Assembly: GCA_964575915.1 (NCBI GenBank)
Contig: CAZNTD010000003.1
Location: 1 to 37,625, forward strand
Direction: 5' to 3'
Origin: an uncultured archaeon
Lineage (GTDB): Archaea; Nanohalarchaeota; Nanosalinia; Nanosalinales; Nanohalalkaliarchaeaceae
DNA: 37,625 nucleotides
The translations under genes were made by a program, and so were the position numbers. This document shows positions 30,272 through 37,625 of the stretch, one piece after another. The notes beneath the pieces were generated by a model, which saw only the letters and a program-made list of their open reading frames with translations, was not told the DNA's origin and did not search any database. Positions within the stretch are counted from its first letter, which is position 1. Each line of letters starts with the position of its first letter.

Positions 30272-31021
30272 TCATTCCGCCGCGGCGACGAACTCGCGCA
30301 GCCGTTCCAGGCCGTCCACGATGCGTGGTCCCGGCCGGTTCAGCACGGTGTCGTCCACCACGTGCACCCTGTCCTCCTGCACCGCGGTGATATCCGCCCA
30401 GCCGTCCCGCTCCACCACCGCATCCGGACTGGCCGCATCGCCGTAGCCGCACGGGTGGAGGACGATGATCTCCGGGTCGAAGTCGCGGACCGCGTCCACG
30501 TCCACCTCCCGGCTCCGCTCCCCCTCGTCCAGGAACGGCTCACCGCCGGCCAGCTCCACGAGTCGCGGTACCCAGTTCCCGCTCGCCATCGGCGGCCGGT
30601 GCCACTCCTCGCAGTACACCCGTGTCCCGCCCTGTGCGGCGTGCTCCCGGAACCCGTCGTTCATCCCGTCCACGAGTTCACGCGCCGCCGCCATGCGCCC
30701 GGTCCACTCCCCGATGGCCTTGATGCTGTTGCAGACCTCGTGGAGGCGGACCGGTTTCACCTGCTTCACGTCCAGCCCCGCCTCCCGGCACCGGTCCACC
30801 GCGTCGTCCTGCAGCGCGTCCGACGCCAGCACCAGGTCCGGCTCGTGCTCCCGGACCGCGTCCACGTCCGGGTTCGTCCAGCCACCGACCGACGGGACGT
30901 CGTCCGCCGCCGGGGGATGGTCGCAGACCGCGGTCGTCGCCACCACCCGCTCGCCCGCCCCCAGCGCGTAGAGGATCTCCGTGTTGGACGGGGCGAGGGA
31001 CACGATGCGCTCCGGCTCCAT
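30272..31021 (-). CDS. Periplasmic-binding-protein-fold (BtuF/FhuD, TroA-like) protein without a signal peptide
   Basis: Internal ATG (31021-31019) of track ORF 30272..31900, encoding 249 aa: MEPERIVSLAPSNTEILYALGAGERVVATT...DLVLAS.... This is the class 8 binding-protein pattern. No hydrophobic or lipobox N-terminus. Confidence 0.7.
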   Translation of the reverse strand: MEPERIVSLAPSNTEILYALGAGERVVATTAVCDHPPAADDVPSVGGWTNPDVDAVREHEPDLVLASDALQDDAVDRCREAGLDVKQVKPVRLHEVCNSIKAIGEWTGRMAAARELVDGMNDGFREHAAQGGTRVYCEEWHRPPMASGNWVPRLVELAGGEPFLDEGERSREVDVDAVRDFDPEIIVLHPCGYGDAASPDAVVERDGWADITAVQEDRVHVVDDTVLNRPGPRIVDGLERLREFVAAAE

Positions 31022-31072
31022 GTATCCCTCCACGCACGGAACCGTGAAAAAGCTATCCGACCACGCCCCCGC

Positions 31073-31942
31073 ATGGACCGGTACCGCGCCATCATCGACG
31101 ACCCGGACGCGTTCGCGGAGGCAGTCGCGCGGCCCGCGACCCCGGCGATCCGCCGCAACCCGCTGAAGGCCGGCGACGACTTCCAGGAGCGTCTCCAGCG
31201 TGTCTTCCCGGGTGCCGAGCCCGCGGGGTGGCACCCGGACGTCTTCCGGCTGCCCCGGAACGCGGAGCCGGGCAAGACGCTGCTGCACTGGCGCGGCGAC
31301 TACTACGTCCAGGAGGAATCTGCCGCAGTGCCGGTGGCCGTCCTCGCACCGGGACCCGGCGAGCGGGTCCTCGACATGTGCGCCGCGCCGGGCGGCAAGA
31401 CGACCCAGATCGCCGCCGCCCTCGACGGGGAGGGCGTGGTCGTGGCCAACGAGAAGAGCAGCAGGCGCATCCGCGGCCTCCACGCCAACGTCAACCGGAC
31501 CGGCAGCACGACCGCCGTCGTCACGCACGGTGACGGCCGCAACATGACCGGGACGTACGACCGCATCCTCGTGGACGCGCCGTGCAGCGGCGAGGGAAAC
31601 CGGGCGCGGCGGGACGGTGAACCGGCGGGCGACACGCAGATAGAACGGCTCGCGCAGGTGCAGCGCGACCTGTGCGACCGTGCTGCCACGCTCCTCGCAC
31701 CGGGCGGCACGATGGTGTACAGCACGTGCACGTTCACCCCGCGCGAGAACGAGGCCGTCGTCCGGCACGTCCTCGACACCACCGACCTGGAGCTCTCCCG
31801 GGTCGCCCTCGACATCCCACACCGGCGCGGGGTGACAGCTTGGCAGGACGTAACGTACGGGAATCGGATGGTGCAGACGTTGCGCATCTACCCGCACCAC
31901 CTCGACTCCGGGGGGATGTTCGTTGCACGGTTCACCCGGTGA
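31073..31942 (+). CDS. RsmB/NOP2/Sun-family RNA (cytosine-C5) methyltransferase
   Basis: Internal ATG of track ORF 30362..31942, encoding 289 aa. SAM motif VLDMCAAPGGKT, catalytic motifs ILVDAPCSGEG and MVYSTCTFTPRENE. Confidence 0.85.
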   Translation: MDRYRAIIDDPDAFAEAVARPATPAIRRNPLKAGDDFQERLQRVFPGAEPAGWHPDVFRLPRNAEPGKTLLHWRGDYYVQEESAAVPVAVLAPGPGERVLDMCAAPGGKTTQIAAALDGEGVVVANEKSSRRIRGLHANVNRTGSTTAVVTHGDGRNMTGTYDRILVDAPCSGEGNRARRDGEPAGDTQIERLAQVQRDLCDRAATLLAPGGTMVYSTCTFTPRENEAVVRHVLDTTDLELSRVALDIPHRRGVTAWQDVTYGNRMVQTLRIYPHHLDSGGMFVARFTR

Positions 31943-32357
31943 CGGCCGCGCCTACCTCGCCGACCGGTTCGGCATCGAGGAACTCCCGGGCGTCCTCGTC
32001 GAGCGGTCCGGCGACCTCTGGCTCACGTCCCGCGCGGCGGCCGATACCGACCTGGGTGCGGAGAGCACCGGGTTCCGCTGCCTCCGCGTGATGCGCACCC
32101 GGTACAAGCCGACCACCCATGCGCTCCAGGCGCTTGACGACCGCATCACTGAGAACCGGGCTGTCCTCGACCGCGACGACCTTCTCCGCCTCCTCGACGG
32201 TGCATCGCTGGACACGGACCTGCCGCACGGCTACGTCGCGCTCGTGTACGATGGCCGCGTCGTGGGGTGCGGCGAGGTGCAGGGCGGCATGCTGTCCTCC
32301 CGCATCGCGTCCGGCCGGGCGGAGGAGCTCGCCGCGTTCCTCGCCGCCCCGGGATGA
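31923..32357 (+). CDS. PUA-like / RsmF C-terminal-domain-like small protein (TTG start or split from the upstream methyltransferase)
   Basis: 144-aa ORF overlapping the methyltransferase 3' end by 20 nt in the +1 frame. There is no in-frame ATG near the 5' end (TTG at 31923). The C-terminal GYVALVYDGRVVGCGEV resembles PUA/ASCH-type beta barrels. Confidence 0.5.
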   Translation: MHGSPGDGRAYLADRFGIEELPGVLVERSGDLWLTSRAAADTDLGAESTGFRCLRVMRTRYKPTTHALQALDDRITENRAVLDRDDLLRLLDGASLDTDLPHGYVALVYDGRVVGCGEVQGGMLSSRIASGRAEELAAFLAAPG

Positions 32358-32364
32358 GAACCGC

Positions 32365-33483
32365 TCAGTCCGCGCCGAGAGCCGAACTGATACCGTCCGC
32401 GTCGCTCACGTAGTGGGAGACGAACTCGATGCTGGAGTTCTGCGGCTCCCAGCCGATGGTGGCCACGTCGATGACGCTCCGACCGTCCGGCATGTCGAAC
32501 ACCGCCCGGACCGGCGACCGCGGGGCGACCCGCCGGGCCGGGAACGGCCGCGTCTCGATGTCGCCCTCCGCGAACGGGCTGTCCGGGTCCGCCGCCGCAG
32601 CGGTCACCTGGTCGTACACCGCGTCCGCGGCCAGGCCGTCCAGCGCGTCGTGCCCGAACGCCGGGTGGCCGGCCACGACCCGGTCGCCGTCCCGGACGGC
32701 CGGCACCGTCTCCTCCACGCCGTCGCTGGCCAGCATGTCCGCCGGGTCCTCACCGTCCTCCGCGACGCCGGCATGGATATCCCCCTTGCCCGGCTCCGCG
32801 ATGAACGGGATGCGGTCCCGGTACGGGTGGACGGTGTGCACCGCCATCCCGCCGCTCTCGTCGATGTCCATGTCAAGCGCGTCCCGGATGGCGGGGTGGA
32901 CGGTGAACGGTCCCTCGGCGAGGCCGCGCACCACCTTGTCCGTCACGTACCGGTTGCCGGCCGGCGCGTCGAGATCCGCGGTGTCCCGTTCGTAGTCCAT
33001 GATGCCGGCGAGCTGGGACGGGTCGTACCGTCCGAGGTGGCGCGCATCGCCGTACAGCTCCGCGCCGCCCTGCCCGTGGTCGAGGACGATGGTCTCCCGC
33101 ATGAAATGGGTGCCGTCGTCGTTCTCGGTGTCGACCAGGACGAAGTCGTACGCCGCCAGGTCGTCGTCCGCGTCGATCCCCCAGAGCATCCCGCCACCCA
33201 TCTTGACGGCGGGGACGGAGCCGCCGGTGATATCGACCCGGTCCGCCCGCTCCGCGTCCCGGTAGCCGTCCACCCGTCGCATCGCGTCGTCGAACGCGTC
33301 CGGGTCGGCGATGTCCTGCGCGTCCTCCCGGTCGACGAGTTCCGCATCGCCCAGGTAGACGACCGTGTCCGGCCGGTACGTGTCGTCCGCCCGGAACCGG
33401 TCGGACTGTCGGTAGTCGTCCAGCAGGTCGTCGCCGGGCGCGGTCTCGGCCCACGCGTCCTCGAACACCCACACGTCGCTCAT
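32365..33483 (-). CDS. Highly acidic conserved hypothetical protein (372 aa)
   Basis: Clean acidic composition in a single frame. A TATA-like element (rc GGTTTTAAGATTT, 33507-33519) lies about 25-30 nt upstream of the ATG at 33483. No motif was recognised. Confidence 0.65.
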   Translation of the reverse strand: MSDVWVFEDAWAETAPGDDLLDDYRQSDRFRADDTYRPDTVVYLGDAELVDREDAQDIADPDAFDDAMRRVDGYRDAERADRVDITGGSVPAVKMGGGMLWGIDADDDLAAYDFVLVDTENDDGTHFMRETIVLDHGQGGAELYGDARHLGRYDPSQLAGIMDYERDTADLDAPAGNRYVTDKVVRGLAEGPFTVHPAIRDALDMDIDESGGMAVHTVHPYRDRIPFIAEPGKGDIHAGVAEDGEDPADMLASDGVEETVPAVRDGDRVVAGHPAFGHDALDGLAADAVYDQVTAAAADPDSPFAEGDIETRPFPARRVAPRSPVRAVFDMPDGRSVIDVATIGWEPQNSSIEFVSHYVSDADGISSALGAD

Positions 33484-33547
33484 GTGCCACTCCCTGATGA
33501 TGAAATCTTAAAACCTTTCGTGGCCGTCCGACACCCGCCGGGGGAGG

Positions 33548-33563
33548 TATTCATAAAGGTTGA
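33548..33563 (+). promoter_or_regulatory. Promoter block TATTCATAAAGGTTGA upstream of the 5S rRNA
   Basis: The AT-rich TATA-like core lies about 25 nt upstream of the 5S 5' end. An identical 16-mer recurs at 33953-33968 upstream of sufB. Confidence 0.5.
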
Positions 33564-33578
33564 GGTGAACGAGATGTC

Positions 33579-33694
33579 TGCTGGCGGCCAGAGCGGAGGG
33601 GCAACACCCGTACCCATTCCGAACACGGAAGTTAAGCCCTCCAGCGCCATCAGTAGTACTGCCGAGAGGCGGGAGCCTGGGGACGCTGCCAGCA
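33579..33694 (+). rRNA. rrf: 5S ribosomal RNA (stand-alone copy, not next to 23S in this window)
   Basis: TGCTGGCGGCCAGAGCGG...CCCGTACCCATTCCGAACACGGAAGTTAAGCCCTCCAGCG...GTACTG...GGGAGCCTGGGGACGCTGCCAGCA contains the conserved CCGAACACGGAAGTTAAGC core. Helix I pairs the 5' TGCTGGCGGC with the 3' GCTGCCAGCA. A T-run (CCTTTTCC) follows immediately at the 3' end. The ends are approximate, within a few nt. Confidence 0.8.
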
Positions 33695-33735
33695 TCCTTT
33701 TCCTGTTCCTCCGCTCCACCGTCCCTGCATCCCTT

Positions 33736-33879
33736 CTACGTCCAGGACCGGAAGATATCGAAGATATCGAAGCCCGCGAGCGCCTCTCCGAGGATAGCGA
33801 ACCCGATGACGACCGCGAACCCGATGATGATCATGGCGAGCAGCAGCGCAAGCAGTGGATGCCTGTCCGAGAACCCCAT
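33736..33879 (-). CDS. Possible small membrane protein (47 aa)
   Basis: C-terminal part of the spurious 606-aa track ORF: MGFSDRHPLLALLLAMIIIGFAVVIGFAILGEALAGFDIFDIFRSWT. An alternative ATG lies at 33900. The DIFDIF comes from a 9-nt tandem repeat. Confidence 0.3.
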   Translation of the reverse strand: MGFSDRHPLLALLLAMIIIGFAVVIGFAILGEALAGFDIFDIFRSWT

Positions 33880-33952
33880 CTGGACGCCGCCTGTCCGCAT
33901 GCACCTATCACCGCGCCCGTCCCTTTTATGCCCTGCGTATAACCTCGTTATA

Positions 33953-33968
33953 TATTCATAAAGGTTGA
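33953..33968 (+). promoter_or_regulatory. Promoter block TATTCATAAAGGTTGA upstream of sufB
   Basis: It lies about 25-30 nt upstream of the ATG at 33985 and is identical to the 16-mer upstream of the 5S rRNA. Confidence 0.5.
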
Positions 33969-33984
33969 CCGCCCGGCCCCATGC

Positions 33985-35397
33985 ATGTCCGACGACCTCC
34001 AGCAGCTCCACGAGGACCGGGAGAAGTTCGAGCACCGCAACCCGAAGCGGTCGGTCTTCGAGGCGCCGAAGGGGCTGAACGAGGACATCGTCCGCGCCAT
34101 CTCGGCGGAGAAGGACGAGCCGGAGTGGATGCTGGAGAAACGGCTGGACGGGCTGCGGGAGTGGCAGAAGAAGCCGATGCCCGACTGGGAACTGTCCCCC
34201 GACCTCTCCGCCCTCGACATCGACGAGATCATCCCGTACCTCAAGGCCGACGACGCGAAGGCCAACGACTGGGACGACGTCCCCGAGGATATCAAGAACA
34301 CGTTCGAGGCGCTGGAGATCCCCGAGGCCGAGCGGAAGTCCCTCGCGGGCACCGGCGCCCAGTACGAGTCCGAGGTCCACTACCAGCACCTCAAGGAGCG
34401 GTGGGAGGAGAAGGGCGTCATCTTCATGGACATGGACCAGGCCGTCCAGGAGCACCCCGACATCGTGAAGGAGCACTTCATGCGGAAGTGCATCCCCCCG
34501 GCCGACAACAAGTTCGCCGCCTTGCATGCCGCCATCTGGAGCGGCGGCTCGTTCGTCTACGTGCCTGAAGGCGTCGAGGTGGAGATGCCGCTCCAGGCCT
34601 ACTTCCGGATGAACTCGCCGGCGATGGGCCAGTTCGAGCACACCCTCATCGTCGCGGAACCCGGCTCCCGCGTCCATTACATCGAGGGCTGCTCCGCGCC
34701 CCAGTACGCGGTACACAACCTCCACGCGGGCGGCGTCGAGGTGTTCGTCAAGGAGGACGCGCACGTGCAGTACTCCACCGTCCAGAACTGGTCGAAGAGC
34801 ACGTTCAACCTCAACACGAAGCGCGCCATCGTCGATGCAGGCGGCACCATGGAGTGGGTGTCCGGATCGCTCGGCTCCCAGGTCACGATGCTCTATCCCT
34901 CCTCCTACCTCACCGGCGAGGAAGCGACCGCCAACCATATCACCATCGGCTTCGCGGGGGAGGGCCAGGACATCGATACGGGGGCCAAGGTCCACCACCT
35001 CGCCCCGCGGACGCACAGCACTGTGGAGTCCAAGTCCATCTCCCAGAACGGCGGCCGCTCCAACTACCGCGGGCTCGTCCGCGTCCACCGCGGCGCCACC
35101 GGCTCCTCGGTCAACGTCGACTGCGACGCGCTCATGTTCGACGACGACTCCCGGAGCGACACGATGCCGTTCGTCGAGGTGATGGAGAGCGACGTGGACG
35201 TGTCTCACGAGGGAACCGTCGGCAAGCTGAACGACGACGCCATCTACTACCTCATGAGCCGCGGCGTCGAGGAGGAGGACGCGGCGGAGATGATCATCCG
35301 CGGCTTCATCGAACCCATCGCCAAGGAGCTGCCGCTGGAGTACGCGGTCGAACTCAACCGCCTCATCCAGCTCGAGATGGAGGGGTCGCTGGGATGA
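33985..35397 (+). CDS. sufB: Fe-S cluster assembly protein SufB
   Basis: 470 aa with typical SufB blocks (WEEKGVIFMDMDQAVQEHPD, FVYVPEGVEVEMPLQAYFRMN, HYIEGCSAP, STVQNWS, YYLMSRGV). Confidence 0.95.
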   Translation: MSDDLQQLHEDREKFEHRNPKRSVFEAPKGLNEDIVRAISAEKDEPEWMLEKRLDGLREWQKKPMPDWELSPDLSALDIDEIIPYLKADDAKANDWDDVPEDIKNTFEALEIPEAERKSLAGTGAQYESEVHYQHLKERWEEKGVIFMDMDQAVQEHPDIVKEHFMRKCIPPADNKFAALHAAIWSGGSFVYVPEGVEVEMPLQAYFRMNSPAMGQFEHTLIVAEPGSRVHYIEGCSAPQYAVHNLHAGGVEVFVKEDAHVQYSTVQNWSKSTFNLNTKRAIVDAGGTMEWVSGSLGSQVTMLYPSSYLTGEEATANHITIGFAGEGQDIDTGAKVHHLAPRTHSTVESKSISQNGGRSNYRGLVRVHRGATGSSVNVDCDALMFDDDSRSDTMPFVEVMESDVDVSHEGTVGKLNDDAIYYLMSRGVEEEDAAEMIIRGFIEPIAKELPLEYAVELNRLIQLEMEGSLG

Positions 35398-36467
35398 CGG
35401 ATATCGATACGATCGAGCCGGACGGTCTGCCGGAGCCGGAGACCGTCCGGACCCCGGGCAAGACCTGGACCGAGTTCCCCGACGACCTGCCGGAGACCGG
35501 CACCGGCACCGTCGCAGTCCACGCCTCCGGCGACACCGAGGTGGCCCGTGCCGCACCCGGAGACCTGCCGGACTGGGCCGCGGACGCGTTCGGCACCATC
35601 GATCCGTCCACGGACCGCATCACCGGGAAGCACGCGGCAGCGCTCCACGAGGTCACCTGCATCCGCGTCCCGGCCGGTGCGGCCGAGGAGGTCGTGGTCG
35701 CGGCCGACGGCACCGCCGGCCTGTTCCCGCACCACGTCGTCGTGGTCGTCGAGGACGGCGCATCCGCCTCCCTGGTCGACCGGACCGGCGGCGACGCCGC
35801 GCTCGCGACCACCATCCTCGAGGCGGTGATCGGCGACGACGCGGTGCTCGACGCCACGCTCGTCAACGGGATGGATGCGGGGACCGGCTACACCGCGTGC
35901 CATGCCGCGGCAGGCGAAGACGCGACCGTATCTTGGACCATCGCCGCGGTCGGCGCCGACCGCTACCGGAACCACGTGACCACGCACCTTACGGGGCCGC
36001 GGTCCACGCTCGACTACAACCTCGGGTTCCTGGCCGCGGGCGACCAGCACATGGACATGACCACGCACGTCATCCACGGCGCGGACAACACCCGGTGCGA
36101 CATGGACTCGCGCGGCATCGCCATGGAGCAGGCCCGGGCGGTCTACAAGGGGGTCCAGGAGGTGACCCAGGACGCGGAGGGAACCAGCTCGTTCCAGGAC
36201 GAGAAGACCGTGCTCATCGGGAGCGAGGCCGAGGCCGACACCACGCCCCAGCTGCAGATCGACAACAGCGACGTGGAGGCCACCCACGCCGCGACCACCG
36301 GCCACATCGACGAGCAGGACCTGTTCTACATGCAGAGCCGTGGCCTGTCCGACACCGCCGCCAAGCGGGAGATCATCACCGGTATGTTCGACGACCTCAT
36401 CGGCAGCAACGCGGTCGGTGCGGACGCCATCCACGCCAAGATCGGACGGACGCTCGGCGACCGCTGA
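35394..36467 (+). CDS. sufD: Fe-S cluster assembly protein SufD
   Basis: Internal ATG of track ORF 34854..36467, overlapping the sufB stop (ATGA at 35394-35397). 357 aa. The C-terminal SufB/D beta-helix blocks are DTTPQLQIDNSDVEATHAATTGHIDEQDLFYMQSRGL. Confidence 0.9.
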   Translation: MTDIDTIEPDGLPEPETVRTPGKTWTEFPDDLPETGTGTVAVHASGDTEVARAAPGDLPDWAADAFGTIDPSTDRITGKHAAALHEVTCIRVPAGAAEEVVVAADGTAGLFPHHVVVVVEDGASASLVDRTGGDAALATTILEAVIGDDAVLDATLVNGMDAGTGYTACHAAAGEDATVSWTIAAVGADRYRNHVTTHLTGPRSTLDYNLGFLAAGDQHMDMTTHVIHGADNTRCDMDSRGIAMEQARAVYKGVQEVTQDAEGTSSFQDEKTVLIGSEAEADTTPQLQIDNSDVEATHAATTGHIDEQDLFYMQSRGLSDTAAKREIITGMFDDLIGSNAVGADAIHAKIGRTLGDR

Positions 36468-36536
36468 CCGCGACGCGCCGGTTGCACCATTTAAAAAGTT
36501 GTGCGCCCGTATGTGACCTGCACACGCGACCTGAAT

Positions 36537-36611
36537 GCCCAGGTGGTGTAGTTCGGACTATCATTTCACCCTGTCACGGTGAAGACCCGGGTTCAAATCC
36601 CGGCCTGGGCG
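36537..36611 (+). tRNA. tRNA-Asp (anticodon GUC)
   Basis: GCCCAGGTGGTGTAGTTCGGACTATCATTTCACCCTGTCACGGTGAAGACCCGGGTTCAAATCCCGGCCTGGGCG folds as a cloverleaf:
- acceptor GCCCAGG/CCTGGGC;
- anticodon stem TCACC/GGTGA;
- anticodon loop CTGTCAC;
- T arm CCGGG-TTCAAAT-CCCGG.
A TATA-like CATTTAAAAAG (36489-36499) lies upstream. Confidence 0.85.
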
Positions 36612-36735
36612 CTCCGTTCTGGTGCGATCCTTCCCCAGGATTTCACATCTGCTCGCCGCCCGGTGCGCCCTCGACCTTTTAAACCGCGCCGGACAATGGT
36701 ATGGTGATGCGGCCGACCCTCCCAGTGGTGGAACG

Positions 36736-37410
36736 ATGAGCAAGATAACCGTCGATGCGGAACCGTATGAATACGAGTTCGATCCAAACAGGACGGCCCT
36801 CATGGTCGTCGACATGCAGCGGGATTTCATCGAGGAGGGCGGGTTCGGTGACTCCCTCGGCAACGACGTCTCCCGCCTCCAGGCCGCGGTCGAGCCGACG
36901 AAACGGGTGCTCGACAGGGCCCGGGAGATGGGGATGCTCGTCATCCACACCCGGGAGGGACACCGCCCGGACCTCGAGGACGCGCCCGAGACCAAGATCG
37001 AGCGCGGGAACATCAGCCCCAAGATCGGGGAGGACGGACCGATGGGCCGACTCCTCGTGCGCGGGGAGAAGGGACACGACTTCGTCCCCGAACTCCAGCC
37101 CGAGGAGGGCGAGCCGGTCGTGGACAAGCCCGGGAAGAACTCCTTCTACCAGACCGACCTTGAACTCATCCTGCAGAACAACGACATCGAGAACATCATC
37201 GTCTGCGGCGTGACCGCCGAGGTCTGCGTCCAGTCGACCGTCCGCGAGGCCAACGACCGCGGCTACGAGTGCCTCGTGCTCGAGGACTGCATCGCCTCCT
37301 ACTTCCCCGAGTTCCACGAGGCCACCGTCAACATGATCAAGGCGCAGGGCGGCATCTTCGGATGGGTGTCCGACTCCGAGACCCTGCTCACGGCCACGGA
37401 GGACGCGTAA
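36736..37410 (+). CDS. Isochorismatase-family cysteine hydrolase
   Basis: Internal ATG of track ORF 36622..37410, encoding 224 aa. [11 protein letters not shown] (catalytic Asp), GKNSFY (Lys region), [15 protein letters not shown] (catalytic Cys). Confidence 0.85.
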   Translation: MSKITVDAEPYEYEFDPNRTALMVVDMQRDFIEEGGFGDSLGNDVSRLQAAVEPTKRVLDRAREMGMLVIHTREGHRPDLEDAPETKIERGNISPKIGEDGPMGRLLVRGEKGHDFVPELQPEEGEPVVDKPGKNSFYQTDLELILQNNDIENIIVCGVTAEVCVQSTVREANDRGYECLVLEDCIASYFPEFHEATVNMIKAQGGIFGWVSDSETLLTATEDA

Positions 37411-37411
37411 C

Positions 37412-37625
37412 ATGATGGGGCCCCGGGAGGTCGTGGCGTACCTGGACGAGCACCGGGGACTCGCCTGGGGGATCCCCGGGGTCATCCTGGTCATCCTCGG
37501 CCTCATCGCCGGCCTGGGGACGATGACCCAGAAGGTGCTGTTCCTGCTGTCCACCCCGCTCCTCACGACATCCGCCTACGTGGCGAACCAGCGGATGCTG
37601 TTCCTGCTCCAGCTCATCGTCACCG
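37412..37625 (+). CDS. Membrane protein, N-terminal part (runs off the window end)
   Basis: Open frame from the ATG at 37412, 1 nt after the previous stop: MMGPREVVAYLDEHRGLAWGIPGVILVILGLIAGLGTMTQKVLFLLSTPLLTTSAYVANQRMLFLLQLIVT. It has hydrophobic helices and no stop before the window end. Confidence 0.4.
   Translation, partial: MMGPREVVAYLDEHRGLAWGIPGVILVILGLIAGLGTMTQKVLFLLSTPLLTTSAYVANQRMLFLLQLIVT

Noticed and set aside
32119-35556. The 607-aa plus ORF (32119..33942) and the 606-aa minus ORF (33736..35556).
   Set aside because: The first is antisense to the acidic 372-aa gene and runs through the 5S rRNA. The second is antisense to sufB. Only the last 47 codons of the second look like a plausible small membrane ORF.

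Overview
The window looks like a chromosomal segment from a high-G+C haloarchaeon (class Halobacteria-like). The support is strongly acidic predicted proteins, TATA-like boxes about 25-30 nt upstream of start codons (leaderless-type promoters), many 1-4 nt start/stop overlaps, and long Arg/Gly/Pro-rich spurious ORFs antisense to real genes. All product calls come from reading motifs by eye; no database search was run.

Genes, left to right:
- RFC small subunit (partial), a kinase-like protein, a Fap7/AK6-type adenylate kinase, two coupled nucleotidyltransferase-fold paralogs, ribosomal protein L40e and an FAD oxidoreductase.
- A tRNA-Thr(GGU) carrying a 170-nt intron, a double GIY-YIG protein, several small membrane and zinc-finger ORFs, then NUDIX, ferritin-like, HAD, thioredoxin-like and MazG-like genes.
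- Three tandem type-IV-pilin-like genes with lectin (LamG-type) domains; the first two form a near-perfect 1054-bp tandem duplication.
- An AhpD-like gene and a complete 2-oxoacid dehydrogenase operon (E1alpha-E1beta-E2-E3), followed by nucS and a second E1alpha/E1beta pair.
- An FMN reductase, a fourth pilin-like gene with a DUF2341-type domain, an HD phosphohydrolase, an MFS transporter and tRNA-Pro.
- A CARDB-like membrane protein and an intron-containing tRNA-Tyr whose 3' end is duplicated 75 bp downstream.
- DUF3179-like, Bcp peroxiredoxin, ferredoxin, a signal-less BtuF-like binding protein, and an RsmB/NOP2-type RNA methyltransferase followed by an overlapping PUA-like ORF.
- An orphan 5S rRNA, sufB-sufD, tRNA-Asp, an isochorismatase-family hydrolase and a partial membrane protein.

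No CRISPR array, transposase or integrase was seen.

The most unusual observations:
- the long, multi-hairpin tRNA-Thr intron;
- the cluster of lectin-fused pilin-like genes and its very recent duplication;
- the ghost att-like duplication at tRNA-Tyr;
- the orphan divergent 5S rRNA that shares a 16-nt promoter block with sufB;
- an E2 with two peripheral-subunit-binding domains next to two E1 gene pairs.
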